From assembly GCA_000965745.1 (NCBI GenBank), contig CP009479.1, positions 352,001 through 416,000 of the forward strand: a stretch of DNA of 64,000 nucleotides, in the 5' to 3' direction. The notes beneath the pieces were generated by a model, which had not been told where the DNA came from, did no database searches, and saw nothing but the letters and a program-made list of their open reading frames with translations. The stretch is from an uncultured archaeon (GTDB lineage: Archaea > Thermoplasmatota > Thermoplasmata > Thermoplasmatales > Thermoplasmataceae). Made by a program: the position numbers and the translations under genes. Shown here one piece after another: positions 34,585 through 44,396 of the stretch; the stretch's first letter is position 1; every line of letters begins with the position of its first letter.

Positions 34585-35829
34585 TTGATGTCCGATACCC
34601 CTCCTATTACGGTAATCGATTCCCAGGAAAAGCTGAAGAAGCATTTTGTTTCAATTCCCAAGTCTGGCTCGTGGCTCAAGGGCATCAATTCATCCCAGAT
34701 TGAGGAAACTGCATCCCGAATAGTCAAATGGTCGCCTGGATCAAGAAACAATATTTTTCTGGTAAAGAGCCATGAAAGCAGGTACAGGGAAGCTACTGCC
34801 TTTCTCATCCTGAGCAAGTTGATTTCTGGTGGCAAGAGGGTCCTTATTCCAACCGCCAAAGCTGAAAATTTAGACGAGAAAGGGCTGTTCGGGAATGGTG
34901 ATGTGCTGTTTCTTAATGCTGCGGAAAGCAATACCGGCAATGGCTTGAGGTGGGAAGATCAAAGCAGGCTTTTAGGGGATATCTGGACCGGAAGAGCGAG
35001 TGACAAATTATTGAATATTCCCATAGTTGCACTAAGCGATCTCGATGGTGAAGAAAAGCAAGAGACAAAGATTCCACCGTACGTTGAGGGCCATATGGCA
35101 CCTTCGAGGAGTGACTGGAGAATCACACTATCTGTTGGGTTCATCCTGTTTGCAGCAGAATTCCTCCTAATGGCCATAGCCAACGGCATAAAGGGAGGGC
35201 TTGGAATTGCGGGGATCGGCTATCGCCAGTACTACAGCAACCAGTTTATGAATTTCCTTGTTTATGGCCAAGTGGAGACTTCCCCTTACAACTTCTTACT
35301 CATATATCCATGGTTTACGATTATAGGTTTGGCCTTGATCCTGATCTCGAGAAAATTCGTTGACAGGAGAACCTACAGGCTTTTCATCTACGCAACAGTA
35401 CTGTGGGTCGTTGGAACCATTGGCGTGACTCTTGCCTTCAATTTCACATTCTTCGGCCCTTTTAGCGGCAATGTATTTTCCAGGACCGTGCCAGCGTTGA
35501 TCTACGAAATCGGAATAAATTCCAGCCAGAGCGTCTTCGTTTCCCTGACCTACGCCCTCTTAATAGTCAGGTTTGCAAAATATCGTCAAAAGATCATCCT
35601 CATGATAGTGTCTGCAGGTTATGTTGCGGTAACTGCATTACAGTCCAGTGTGGTTGCCTTCAATGGGCCGGGCGCTGTGATTAGACCGGGATATGCAACG
35701 ATGCCTAGTGTATATCAGATAATAAGCTACGTGCTGTTTACGTTTTTATTCACAGCCTACTTCGTTCTGTTTTTGAAGTTAGATCTTTATTCTTCAAAGA
35801 ATCAGGGAAACCTGGTAATCAGAGATTGA
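34585..35829 (+). CDS. Hypothetical membrane protein (soluble N-domain + ~6-7 TM)
   Basis: Hydropathy pattern; N-domain similar to the next gene. Confidence 0.75.
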   Translation: MMSDTPPITVIDSQEKLKKHFVSIPKSGSWLKGINSSQIEETASRIVKWSPGSRNNIFLVKSHESRYREATAFLILSKLISGGKRVLIPTAKAENLDEKGLFGNGDVLFLNAAESNTGNGLRWEDQSRLLGDIWTGRASDKLLNIPIVALSDLDGEEKQETKIPPYVEGHMAPSRSDWRITLSVGFILFAAEFLLMAIANGIKGGLGIAGIGYRQYYSNQFMNFLVYGQVETSPYNFLLIYPWFTIIGLALILISRKFVDRRTYRLFIYATVLWVVGTIGVTLAFNFTFFGPFSGNVFSRTVPALIYEIGINSSQSVFVSLTYALLIVRFAKYRQKIILMIVSAGYVAVTALQSSVVAFNGPGAVIRPGYATMPSVYQIISYVLFTFLFTAYFVLFLKLDLYSSKNQGNLVIRD

Positions 35830-35862
35830 CCCAGTTTATGCTTACTGGATCGAGGAGCTTGA

Positions 35863-37143
35863 ATGCGGAAACGAGATGTTATTATATTAATGAGCATTAA
35901 TCACATAACGGGCAGGACTGTGGAAGGCAGAAAAAATGCATATTGTACCGTAACGGATGAAGAGGCACTTTTGAGAAACATCCCTTCCGTAAGTAAAAAT
36001 AACAGTGGTTTTGCAAGGAAGAATTCAGAGCTTCTCGAAGAGGTGATATCCAAGATAGCAAACTGGAAACCGGATTCCGGGGATAACATCTTTCTTATTC
36101 AGAGTAAATTTCGGGAGGACCGCAATACACTGGCTTTTCTTGTGCTAAAGACGTTCATTGGAAAAGGTTTCAAAATACTTCTGATCAGCAATGGCGAGAA
36201 CTTAGAGGAGCCTTCGAATGAGCTTCTTTCAGGCAACGGCAAGGTTGTCATGCTGATAGATGCTTCAACCGGTTCTGATGAAAATGGTGAGAATTCCCCG
36301 CAGAAGCTCCTAAATCGAATAAGAATGGGTGCTGTGTCCAGTGAGATGAAAAGAGTGCCTGTTCTGGCCCTTTATGAAGGGGCAGATAGATTGGAAGAGG
36401 GCAGCGGGAGTAGGCCAGATGATGTGACAGTTGAAGGCTCCTCGAATCCCGGCACGAGGTCTGCGGCCTTTCTTCTTGGATATATCCTCATCTCTGTTCC
36501 CATATTTCTGGGGTTCATTTCACAGGCATACCCCACAATAGTTGAGTTCCTTGTGGACCCCTCCTCCCACTTCACTGTACATGGGACCGTCAACGTTGGA
36601 TTTGTCCTCACCTATTCCCTCTTCTATGTTATTACAATAATCTCTTTGCTCGGAGTTGCAGGCGCTATTATCACGTTCTTTTCCCGCAGGCATCTTTCAA
36701 GGAGAAAATACAGAATAATGTCTGCAGGACTTGTCCTACTCATCATCGGAATGTCAATCACCCCCTTCATAAACGTGTTTTTCTTCCAGAATCTTGTCAA
36801 CCACGGGTTGTTTGAAATCGAGACACTCCTCACACTTTCTCTTAGTTCTGTGGCATATTTGCTCCTAACTCTATGGTTTGTTGGAAAGAAACTGGGAGTT
36901 GCACTTGTGATCCTCATTGTCGCCAGATTTGCAGTTACCTCCATAATGAACTTGCTCCTGCAGGTTCCTGGCAGAGCCATTATGCCTTTGAATCTCCGGA
37001 TTTTAACACTTTTCCGAGTATCCGGTATGGTTCCGAGGATCATATTGCCAATTGCATCCGGAATGATGTTTGCAACGATGGTTTATATTGGGGTTAAATC
37101 CCACATAAAACCGGAGATTCTTGGATCTACGCAGGCTATGTAA
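35863..37143 (+). CDS. Hypothetical membrane protein, paralog of the preceding gene
   Basis: Shared I..W.P.S..NIFL..S..R....AFL.L...I..G...LI pattern. Confidence 0.75.
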   Translation: MRKRDVIILMSINHITGRTVEGRKNAYCTVTDEEALLRNIPSVSKNNSGFARKNSELLEEVISKIANWKPDSGDNIFLIQSKFREDRNTLAFLVLKTFIGKGFKILLISNGENLEEPSNELLSGNGKVVMLIDASTGSDENGENSPQKLLNRIRMGAVSSEMKRVPVLALYEGADRLEEGSGSRPDDVTVEGSSNPGTRSAAFLLGYILISVPIFLGFISQAYPTIVEFLVDPSSHFTVHGTVNVGFVLTYSLFYVITIISLLGVAGAIITFFSRRHLSRRKYRIMSAGLVLLIIGMSITPFINVFFFQNLVNHGLFEIETLLTLSLSSVAYLLLTLWFVGKKLGVALVILIVARFAVTSIMNLLLQVPGRAIMPLNLRILTLFRVSGMVPRIILPIASGMMFATMVYIGVKSHIKPEILGSTQAM

Positions 37144-37210
37144 CGGCGGATGCGCTTCTTTTCTGCAGTCGGCAATAAGTAGCGACATATTGCCAAGCGT
37201 TTTATATTGA

Positions 37211-38206
37211 GTGCGAGATTTGCAACTCATGCCTAATATAGAGCTGCTTAGAATAACGAGCAGAACGCTTGCGAAGAATCCTTTGAATGATCCTGCAGAA
37301 AGGGACCTTGTTTTATTCAAGCCCGAAGAGGTAAAGGAAGGTGCGCCTCTGCTCATTGGCCTTGCCGGTTTTGGAGGAGGCGCCAGGAGTTTCCTTAACT
37401 TTTCACCTCTATCAACGAATTTCACTGAGGTAGTTTCCAAACTTAGAAAATCCGGGGAGCTTAAGGATGCTATAATAGCGATTCCTGACTGCTTCACCTC
37501 CTACGGAGGCAATCAGTATGTCAATTCCAGCGCGATGGGAAATTATGAGGAGTTTATAACCAAGGAGCTTATTCCCGAAATGAAGGACAGGTTCAAAACC
37601 GGAAAGACGGGGGTTTTTGGAAAATCATCCGGTGGATTCGGGTCATACACCCTGGCGGTTCACAACCCCGAAATAATCAGCGGATTTGCGGACCATTCTG
37701 GAGATGCAGGTTTTGAATACTGCTACCTCCCTGACTTCCCAAACACCATAAAGGAGTTTAGAAAAGCGGGTGGGCCGAAAGAGTGGTTTGAGACGTTCCA
37801 GAAGAGCGTGAACAAGTCTGCCAAGAAGTTCATGGAGCCATTGAACATCCTGGCAATGTCCGCTTCCTACACTCCGAATCCTGATTCTGATACCATGATG
37901 ATCGATTTTCCCTTTGACCTCAAGACTGGCGAACTTCTGGACGACGTCTGGGAAAAATGGAAGAAATTCGATCCAGCTAGAACTATTTCCTGGAACTTGC
38001 AGAAAATCCGGGAAATGGATGCAGTATACCTTGATGTGGGATCAGAGGATGAGTTCAACATAAATATAGGCATGAGGAAGATGCACAGAGTGCTAGAAGA
38101 GAGCAAAGTTGAGCATTTCTTCGAAGAGTTTGAGGACGGTCATTTCAGCATTTCCTACAGGTATGAGAAGTCGCTGGCTTACCTTGCCGAGCACCTCTCA
38201 CAATGA
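37211..38206 (+). CDS. Alpha/beta-hydrolase esterase (enterochelin esterase-like)
   Basis: GKSSGG nucleophile elbow; DVGSEDEF; DGH. Confidence 0.88.
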   Translation: MRDLQLMPNIELLRITSRTLAKNPLNDPAERDLVLFKPEEVKEGAPLLIGLAGFGGGARSFLNFSPLSTNFTEVVSKLRKSGELKDAIIAIPDCFTSYGGNQYVNSSAMGNYEEFITKELIPEMKDRFKTGKTGVFGKSSGGFGSYTLAVHNPEIISGFADHSGDAGFEYCYLPDFPNTIKEFRKAGGPKEWFETFQKSVNKSAKKFMEPLNILAMSASYTPNPDSDTMMIDFPFDLKTGELLDDVWEKWKKFDPARTISWNLQKIREMDAVYLDVGSEDEFNINIGMRKMHRVLEESKVEHFFEEFEDGHFSISYRYEKSLAYLAEHLSQ

Positions 38207-38291
38207 CATTTTTTATCTTTAGGTAAGCAGGTGCCCTTAAGTAGTGCAAATATTAACTACAACTTCAGGGATACAGAGCATAGTGCGACAA

Positions 38292-38363
38292 GGGCCGGTA
38301 GATCAGCGGTAGATCGCTTGCTTCGCAAGCAAGAGGTCTCGGGTTCAAATCCCGACCGGTCCA
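38292..38363 (+). tRNA. tRNA-Ala(CGC)
   Basis: Cloverleaf GGGCCGG...CCGGTCC-A with G3:U70; anticodon arm CTTGC-TTCGCAA-GCAAG; T-loop GGTTCAAATCC. Confidence 0.96.
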
Positions 38364-38412
38364 TTTAATTTATTAATCGAATACTTTTTATCTCAGTACT
38401 CGTTATGTTCTC

Positions 38413-39702
38413 ATGACCATGCAGCCGAAGTATCAGGAACTGCTTCTTGACGAGGACGTGCGCAGATGGTTTGAGAACCTCAAAGCAAAGTCGGTTCTCA
38501 CGGCAACAGTGGCATTGAGGAATCTTGGCCACTATTGCGAACTTACCCAGACAAATCCAAAAGAAATCCTGAAAAAAGCAGCGGCAGATGAGAAGGATTT
38601 TAGGTACGAATTCACGGATTTTGTCAGGAAGATGGAGAAAGAGGGCAAGGCAGGATCATACATTGCGAGGTTCAAGAAGGTCATTTTATCATGGCTGAAG
38701 TTTAATGGTATCGGTTTGCAGTTAACCGTTAACATATCCGGGGAAAACGAGACGCCGACAATAGTTAACGAAAGGGTGCCTAGCAAGGAAGAACTAGCCA
38801 GAATACTCAGGAAAGCCACCTCAAGAGGCAGGGTTGCCGTAGCAATCATGGGATTCTCTGGTCTCAGGCATGAGTCTCTGGGAGACTATGAAGGCACAGA
38901 CGGCCTCAGACTTGGAGATATCAAGGACCTGAGGATATCGGATGAAATCCAGTTTGACAAGACGCCAGCGATGATTCTGGTCAGGAACAAGTTGAGCAAG
39001 GCGAGGCACCAATATTTCTCTTTCATAGGAGAGGAAGGAGCCACTTACATCAAGGAATATCTGGAAGAACGGAGAAAGCAGGGAGAGGATTTAACCTACG
39101 AATCTCCATTACTGCAATTCGATGTCCGTGGAGTGAAAAAGAATGACTTCCTCCGAACCACCCTGGTGACAAGGGATATTAGAGAAGCAATAGAGAATTC
39201 TGGCTTGAAGATGCGCCCCTATGTACTAAGAGCATATTTCAGCACGGCTCTTGACATTGCAGAGGCAAAGGGCCTCACATCCCATCCATGGAGGCAGTTT
39301 ATTATGGGCCACAAAGGAGACATCGAGGCGAGATATAGCACAAACAAACGATTACCTCCGGAAGTTATAGAGGAAATGAGAGAGGCGTACAGAAAGAGCA
39401 CAAAGTTCCTTGAAACAAGATACAGCGAACTTGAGGAGGACAAAGCCAGAATGTATCTGCAACAGCAACTCTTGTCAGCAGTGGGCTACAAACCTGAAGA
39501 GATAGACAAGATGGATCTCGCTGACATCAGCAACGATGATTTCCAGAAGCTCCTAAGGGACAAGGTTGCAGGAGCCATGGCAAGCAACGGCTCGAAGCAG
39601 AGGCTCGTTCCCATGAACGAGATTGAGAAACTCCTAAGTGAAGGATATGAGTTCCAAGCAGTCCTGCCCAACGGAAAGGCTATAATGAAAATGCCGTTTT
39701 AG
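38413..39702 (+). CDS. Tyrosine recombinase/integrase (intact, not split by att)
   Basis: SGLR, LSKAR, PYVLR, MGH, ARY catalytic pattern. Confidence 0.93.
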   Translation: MTMQPKYQELLLDEDVRRWFENLKAKSVLTATVALRNLGHYCELTQTNPKEILKKAAADEKDFRYEFTDFVRKMEKEGKAGSYIARFKKVILSWLKFNGIGLQLTVNISGENETPTIVNERVPSKEELARILRKATSRGRVAVAIMGFSGLRHESLGDYEGTDGLRLGDIKDLRISDEIQFDKTPAMILVRNKLSKARHQYFSFIGEEGATYIKEYLEERRKQGEDLTYESPLLQFDVRGVKKNDFLRTTLVTRDIREAIENSGLKMRPYVLRAYFSTALDIAEAKGLTSHPWRQFIMGHKGDIEARYSTNKRLPPEVIEEMREAYRKSTKFLETRYSELEEDKARMYLQQQLLSAVGYKPEEIDKMDLADISNDDFQKLLRDKVAGAMASNGSKQRLVPMNEIEKLLSEGYEFQAVLPNGKAIMKMPF

Positions 39703-39707
39703 AGACA

Positions 39708-40223
39708 TTGCCATGCGATGAACACCCTGTAGAATTTGCAGTCAACTGTACCCGGTGCAAACTAATCTTAGACTTCATATGCGAAAGTAAAGACGAGGTC
39801 TCCACTAACCAATTATACGCTGCATTCCAGAGCAGGGAACACGGTTTGACAATGTCCCACCGTACGGTTGATAAGCATGTCAAGGAGTTAACGGATAATG
39901 GTTTTCTGCGAAGGTTCGTTGACAGCAAAACCGGTCAGGTAACACTGTTCGTTGACGTTTTTAACATCTATATCAGTATGACAAACAGGAAGTCTGAACT
40001 ACTTGAATCTTTAGCCCAGAAGTCAAAATATTTTCTGTACCAGTACGTTGAATCTAAGTCGGAATGGACTTACAAACTCGCCTATGACTGCCCCAAATGC
40101 GGTCAAAGTAAAATCATACCGAAATATGACAGATTCGTTTCTGAGGAGCACGACGGCACAATTATCACTTCTGTAAAATGGGAATGTCCATCCTGTGAAT
40201 ATGAAAGGCTGGAATACTGGTAG
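39708..40223 (+). CDS. Hypothetical protein with wHTH-like region and CxxC zinc-ribbon motifs
   Basis: CTRC, TVDKHVKELTDNGFL, CPKC...CPSC. Confidence 0.65.
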   Translation: MPCDEHPVEFAVNCTRCKLILDFICESKDEVSTNQLYAAFQSREHGLTMSHRTVDKHVKELTDNGFLRRFVDSKTGQVTLFVDVFNIYISMTNRKSELLESLAQKSKYFLYQYVESKSEWTYKLAYDCPKCGQSKIIPKYDRFVSEEHDGTIITSVKWECPSCEYERLEYW

Positions 40224-40279
40224 CCTTGTTTTGCAAAGTATCTAAAACGATACAATACCCGGCATTCCATTATTAGTTC

Positions 40280-40468
40280 ATGCAGGAAAGTCAGCAAGGC
40301 AAAAGAGTCTCTATTCTGGAACTCAAAAGGAATTTTTTGGGAAAATTTCCTTCTCACCAGTTATCAAAGATACTCTCTGCAGAGCCGGATAGCCTTACGG
40401 GCGAAGAACTCCTGGCTAAGGCCCAGACATGGCTGGCTTTCTTCAAGGGAGATGATGGTACTGAGTAG
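40280..40468 (+). CDS. Small hypothetical protein
   Basis: Overlaps the start of the next ORF; operon-like packing. Confidence 0.6.
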   Translation: MQESQQGKRVSILELKRNFLGKFPSHQLSKILSAEPDSLTGEELLAKAQTWLAFFKGDDGTE

Positions 40469-40820
40469 GAAACAGAGAGTTGTTTTAAGCAAGAATGAGC
40501 CGGATTATGGCGAAAGCGTACCGCAAGAGATCGTGCATTACGAGATAGCCAATCCGCAGAAAAAAGGCACAATAGAGAGGCTTCAGGAAACGGTTATCGA
40601 CAATACGGTTAACCGTTACGAGCTTGAAGACCGAAGGCAGATAGCAGCCATACGAGAATTCATGGAGCGGAATCCCGACATTAGTTACGTGGAATACGAG
40701 TCAAATCCTGTGCTACGGATGGACCTCGTGATAACGAGACGCGGTCTTATTTTCAAACGTGAAGAAGCCTCAATATCCGCGACACTCACTCCAAACAGGA
40801 GATTCAAGGCCCAGAGGTGA
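40452..40820 (+). CDS. Hypothetical protein
   Basis: Operon packing, plausible composition. Confidence 0.65.
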   Translation: MMVLSRKQRVVLSKNEPDYGESVPQEIVHYEIANPQKKGTIERLQETVIDNTVNRYELEDRRQIAAIREFMERNPDISYVEYESNPVLRMDLVITRRGLIFKREEASISATLTPNRRFKAQR

Positions 40821-40823
40821 GTT

Positions 40824-41231
40824 ATGGGGTTTGAAGAGAAGGCAGGCCTTATCTGCGTCACTTGGAGCATTTTTCTCATACTTTCCATCATCTTCATACC
40901 ACCCGTCTGGCACGGATTCCTGTGGCTTCTGGCCTCTGGAAACATCTTCTTCAAGGTCTTGGGCTTAATCGGCATAACAACGGCACTGGTCGGTCTCATG
41001 ATAATCCTCTACAATACGATATCCTACATCGTCTATGCCCTAATCATTGCGTTCTCAGTAGGGACGCCAGCTATGGCACTATACCATTTCCTAGGGCTGG
41101 AACATTCAATTGTTATAGCACTGATTATAGCGTTAATCGTGATCCTGTACCTGCTGGAAACGAGAACAGTCAGGGTTGAACACCATACTGTAACTGTGAG
41201 TCTGCATAGGCGACTTGTGGTAAAAAAGTAG
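40824..41231 (+). CDS. Hypothetical membrane protein (~4 TM)
   Basis: Hydrophobic segments; GAGGTGA RBS upstream. Confidence 0.75.
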   Translation: MGFEEKAGLICVTWSIFLILSIIFIPPVWHGFLWLLASGNIFFKVLGLIGITTALVGLMIILYNTISYIVYALIIAFSVGTPAMALYHFLGLEHSIVIALIIALIVILYLLETRTVRVEHHTVTVSLHRRLVVKK

Positions 41232-41238
41232 CAAGAAA

Positions 41239-43113
41239 ATGGATAAATATTTTGAAGGGGGAATAAGAAGTATGCGAGAAATGGGCTTTTCTGAACTTAT
41301 CAATGCACGAAAGGTCCTATCCAGGCCCATAATCGAACTGCCCATAAGAAATGAGGAGAGGCTATTCTATCATCCTGAAAAAAGGCTCAAAAGGTTCACC
41401 GGACGAACTGCAATTGCCTATGCCATAATACCGGATAGCGAAAGAGGCAAGTTCAGGAGAGAAGAATGCTCTCCCAAAGCCTCTTCCCTCATGGACTACA
41501 TTCTCCATAAGGGAAACAGGAACGTGTCAATAACAGGAGTATCAGGGCAGGGTAAGAGCTATCTTACCACGCACCTAATATCGATATTCAGGGACAAGGA
41601 GACAATCATATTCTCATTCAAGCCGAATGATCATGAACTGCATCTTGGGATTCCGGTTGTGGATGCAAAGGAATGCCTACCCAACCCCTTCAGGGATGTA
41701 AACGCCTTCTCCGAGTCATACATTACCGCATTCTTCGGTGAGAAGACCTCATCGGGCATACAGCTTCAGCAAACTCCTGGATTCCTGCAGGAGATCGCCT
41801 CTGAAAGCAATACCTGGAAAGACTTCATGAAAAAACTCTTGGAAAGGAAGAGATCCGCATCCAAGAATCAGGTTGAGGCTCTGAACGCAATTGAGCAGAA
41901 TGTAAAGAGCCTGATCATTGACAATATGGGAAGCGTGGTCCTGGACAATGGGAGCATCGTTTTTGACTTCTCATCCCTCCCAACGAAACAGGCGCAGAAT
42001 TTCTATGCCGAGCTAATGCTGAGGCAGATATACAGGGAAATGGAAGAGCGCAAGAGGGACGACGTTCTCATTCTGATAGACGAAGCTCATCGATTGACCA
42101 AGTCCTACCATACAATCCTTGATGTCATGTCCAGGGAGATAAGGGACAAGGGAATGCTCTGGATAATCACACAGAATCTTATCGACATACTGCCAGAAAT
42201 GAGGGCGAATTTCGGTACAAAGTTCACTTTCAGGTTAGGAGATGCCGACCTTAACATGCTTTCATACAACCCACTTATGAGATACGCTGTCGAAATACTG
42301 CAACCTAGGCAGTTCATAGACATAGAGTTCCCTGAAGGATCGTCATTCTCGCCGGTCTTCACCTACGTTTCGAATGGCCTTGAGCACAAGGAGACGCAAA
42401 AGGTCGCAGCGGTGGTATCTGAACCAAAGAGGGAAGTGGGAGTCGGAGGGAGAGGGGAGATTACCGACTACAGGAGGGAGGCCCTAGAAATCCTCAGCGA
42501 GAAAATGTCCTATGCAACTGAACCAAAGAGGGAAGTGGGAGTCGGAGGGAGAGGGGAGATTACCGACTACAGGAGGGAGGCCCTAGAAATCCTCAGCGAG
42601 AAAATGTCCTATGCAACCGAAATGGGAAAGATAATAGCCGAGAAATACGGCATCACAAAGGACCAAGCCAAACTCAGGCTGAAATCAGCACTTGAGGAAC
42701 TGAAGAACAACAACGAAGTTGGCAGAGTTAAGTATCTCAGGGATGGAAAGCCAATAGTTATGTATTATTCCAAGAGCCCAAATCTCTCCAATCTACATAC
42801 TGGAATGCAGAGCCAGGTAGTCGGAATCCTGAACGATTTGGGAGTGAGCATCAACAGGATATCCACCACCGGAGAAAGAAGCGCATTTGACATTGAAACC
42901 GACTTCTTCATGGTCGAGATTGAGACAGGCCTGAAGCACAGCATGGAAGACCTGAAGGATAGGATAAAAAGCACTAACCTTCGTGTAATAGTAATAGTGC
43001 CTAACAAAGAGCTGGTAGACAAATACAAGGATCTAGGAGAGAATGTGTCAGTGCTAACAATAGACTCTCTGGCCACTGAGATTGCTGAGCCACTGCATTC
43101 AGATAACTCCTAG
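41239..43113 (+). CDS. HerA/FtsK/VirD4-like ATPase with putative C-terminal PD-(D/E)XK-like domain
   Basis: Walker A GVSGQGKS, Walker B ILIDEAH, ITQ motif; C-terminal FDI...VEIETG. Confidence 0.8.
   Translation: MDKYFEGGIRSMREMGFSELINARKVLSRPIIELPIRNEERLFYHPEKRLKRFTGRTAIAYAIIPDSERGKFRREECSPKASSLMDYILHKGNRNVSITGVSGQGKSYLTTHLISIFRDKETIIFSFKPNDHELHLGIPVVDAKECLPNPFRDVNAFSESYITAFFGEKTSSGIQLQQTPGFLQEIASESNTWKDFMKKLLERKRSASKNQVEALNAIEQNVKSLIIDNMGSVVLDNGSIVFDFSSLPTKQAQNFYAELMLRQIYREMEERKRDDVLILIDEAHRLTKSYHTILDVMSREIRDKGMLWIITQNLIDILPEMRANFGTKFTFRLGDADLNMLSYNPLMRYAVEILQPRQFIDIEFPEGSSFSPVFTYVSNGLEHKETQKVAAVVSEPKREVGVGGRGEITDYRREALEILSEKMSYATEPKREVGVGGRGEITDYRREALEILSEKMSYATEMGKIIAEKYGITKDQAKLRLKSALEELKNNNEVGRVKYLRDGKPIVMYYSKSPNLSNLHTGMQSQVVGILNDLGVSINRISTTGERSAFDIETDFFMVEIETGLKHSMEDLKDRIKSTNLRVIVIVPNKELVDKYKDLGENVSVLTIDSLATEIAEPLHSDNS
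42419..42617 (+). repeat. Perfect in-frame 99-bp tandem duplication (33 aa)
   Basis: EPKREVGVGGRGEITDYRREALEILSEKMSYAT x2; units start at 42421 and 42520. Confidence 0.97.
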
Positions 43114-43194
43114 AATCGTTAGGGCTCCTATTGCGACTATGATGCAAAGAGCAATAATGCCTATCCCCACTACAACTTTTCCAGTGTTTGACAT
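43099..43194 (-). CDS. Unannotated 31-aa single-TM peptide
   Basis: Manual translation MSNTGKVVVGIGIIALCIIVAIGALTILGVI*. Confidence 0.55.
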   Translation of the reverse strand: MSNTGKVVVGIGIIALCIIVAIGALTILGVI

Positions 43195-43305
43195 AGTATT
43201 ATCGGCATGTGAAAAAAGTTAAGCTTATCCTCAATTAAGTTAACCGCTAACCGTTATTCCGAGCGGGTTAACCATAAACTTATAATTCTTTGCAAACAAG
43301 CTTGA

Positions 43306-44064
43306 ATGATGATCATCTCTATCGCCAACCAGAAAGGAGGTTGCGGAAAGACAACTACTGCAGCAAATCTTGGAGCATTGCTAGCGAAGAAACACAGGGT
43401 GCTCCTGGTTGACATCGACCCACAGGGAAATCTTACCACTCATTTTGGAATCAACAAGGCGGAACAGAAGCACACCATATACGATGTGATGCTCGATGGC
43501 AGGATTGAGGAAGCAATTATCCGAAAGGATGGAGTCGACATCGTGCCGAGCACCATTGACCTGGCCGGGGCCGAGGTGGAGCTAACCGGAAAGATAGGGA
43601 GAGAGTATATTCTGGATAACGAACTCAAAAGAATCGCCAGGAAATACGACTATGTAATCATAGACACCCCGCCCAGTCTGGGAATATTCACCATCAACTC
43701 GCTTGTTGCATCTGACTATGTGCTCATACCCGTGCAGGCTGAATTCTTCGCTTTGGAAGGTTTGACGCAACTCATGAGAGTCGTAGAACTCGTGAATTCA
43801 AGGCTCTCAAGAAACCTGAAACTGCTTGGAATGGTAGTAACTATGTTCAATTCCAGGACAAGGTCATCCAAAGAGGTCCTTGAGGAGGTCAGGAAACACT
43901 ATACAAAGAACCTGCTTAAGACAGTTATACCTAGGAATGTGACAATAACCGATTCCACCATGGCTGGCTCTCCTGTAGTGAGATATAGGAAATCTGCTCC
44001 TGCATCAAAGTCATATATGGCGCTTGCAAATGAAATTCAGAAAAAGCTAAAGGTGTCAAAGTGA
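43306..44064 (+). CDS. parA: ParA/Soj family partition ATPase
   Basis: NQKGGCGKTT, DIDPQGN, IDTPPSLG, PVQAEF. Confidence 0.94.
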   Translation: MMIISIANQKGGCGKTTTAANLGALLAKKHRVLLVDIDPQGNLTTHFGINKAEQKHTIYDVMLDGRIEEAIIRKDGVDIVPSTIDLAGAEVELTGKIGREYILDNELKRIARKYDYVIIDTPPSLGIFTINSLVASDYVLIPVQAEFFALEGLTQLMRVVELVNSRLSRNLKLLGMVVTMFNSRTRSSKEVLEEVRKHYTKNLLKTVIPRNVTITDSTMAGSPVVRYRKSAPASKSYMALANEIQKKLKVSK

Positions 44065-44396
44065 AAGACCCTATAATGAGACTTAGACAAATTCAAGGGG
44101 AGGTCTATAAACTCCATTTAGATATGGTAAAGGCAGGTGGCGGATATGATAAACTTGCCGATTACATAATCAAACAGTCACAGGGAAAGAACTCTGAACA
44201 AGACCCTACTTTACATCTTGCTGCCGTTACACATAGCATTTTAGGGCTCATAGCAGACTATAGCAAGTTTCTGAAAGCATACGACGAAGAGCATAGGAAC
44301 CCAAACGACCCGAAATTTGTAGGAAGCGTGGGAAATTTAGTATTTTTCGCGAAGAAAGGTTGGCCTCCAAAATTCAAGGTAAGAAAGGTGAAATAA
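44061..44396 (+). CDS. Hypothetical protein in the par operon
   Basis: Overlaps the parA stop and the next gene's start. Confidence 0.65.
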   Translation: MKDPIMRLRQIQGEVYKLHLDMVKAGGGYDKLADYIIKQSQGKNSEQDPTLHLAAVTHSILGLIADYSKFLKAYDEEHRNPNDPKFVGSVGNLVFFAKKGWPPKFKVRKVK

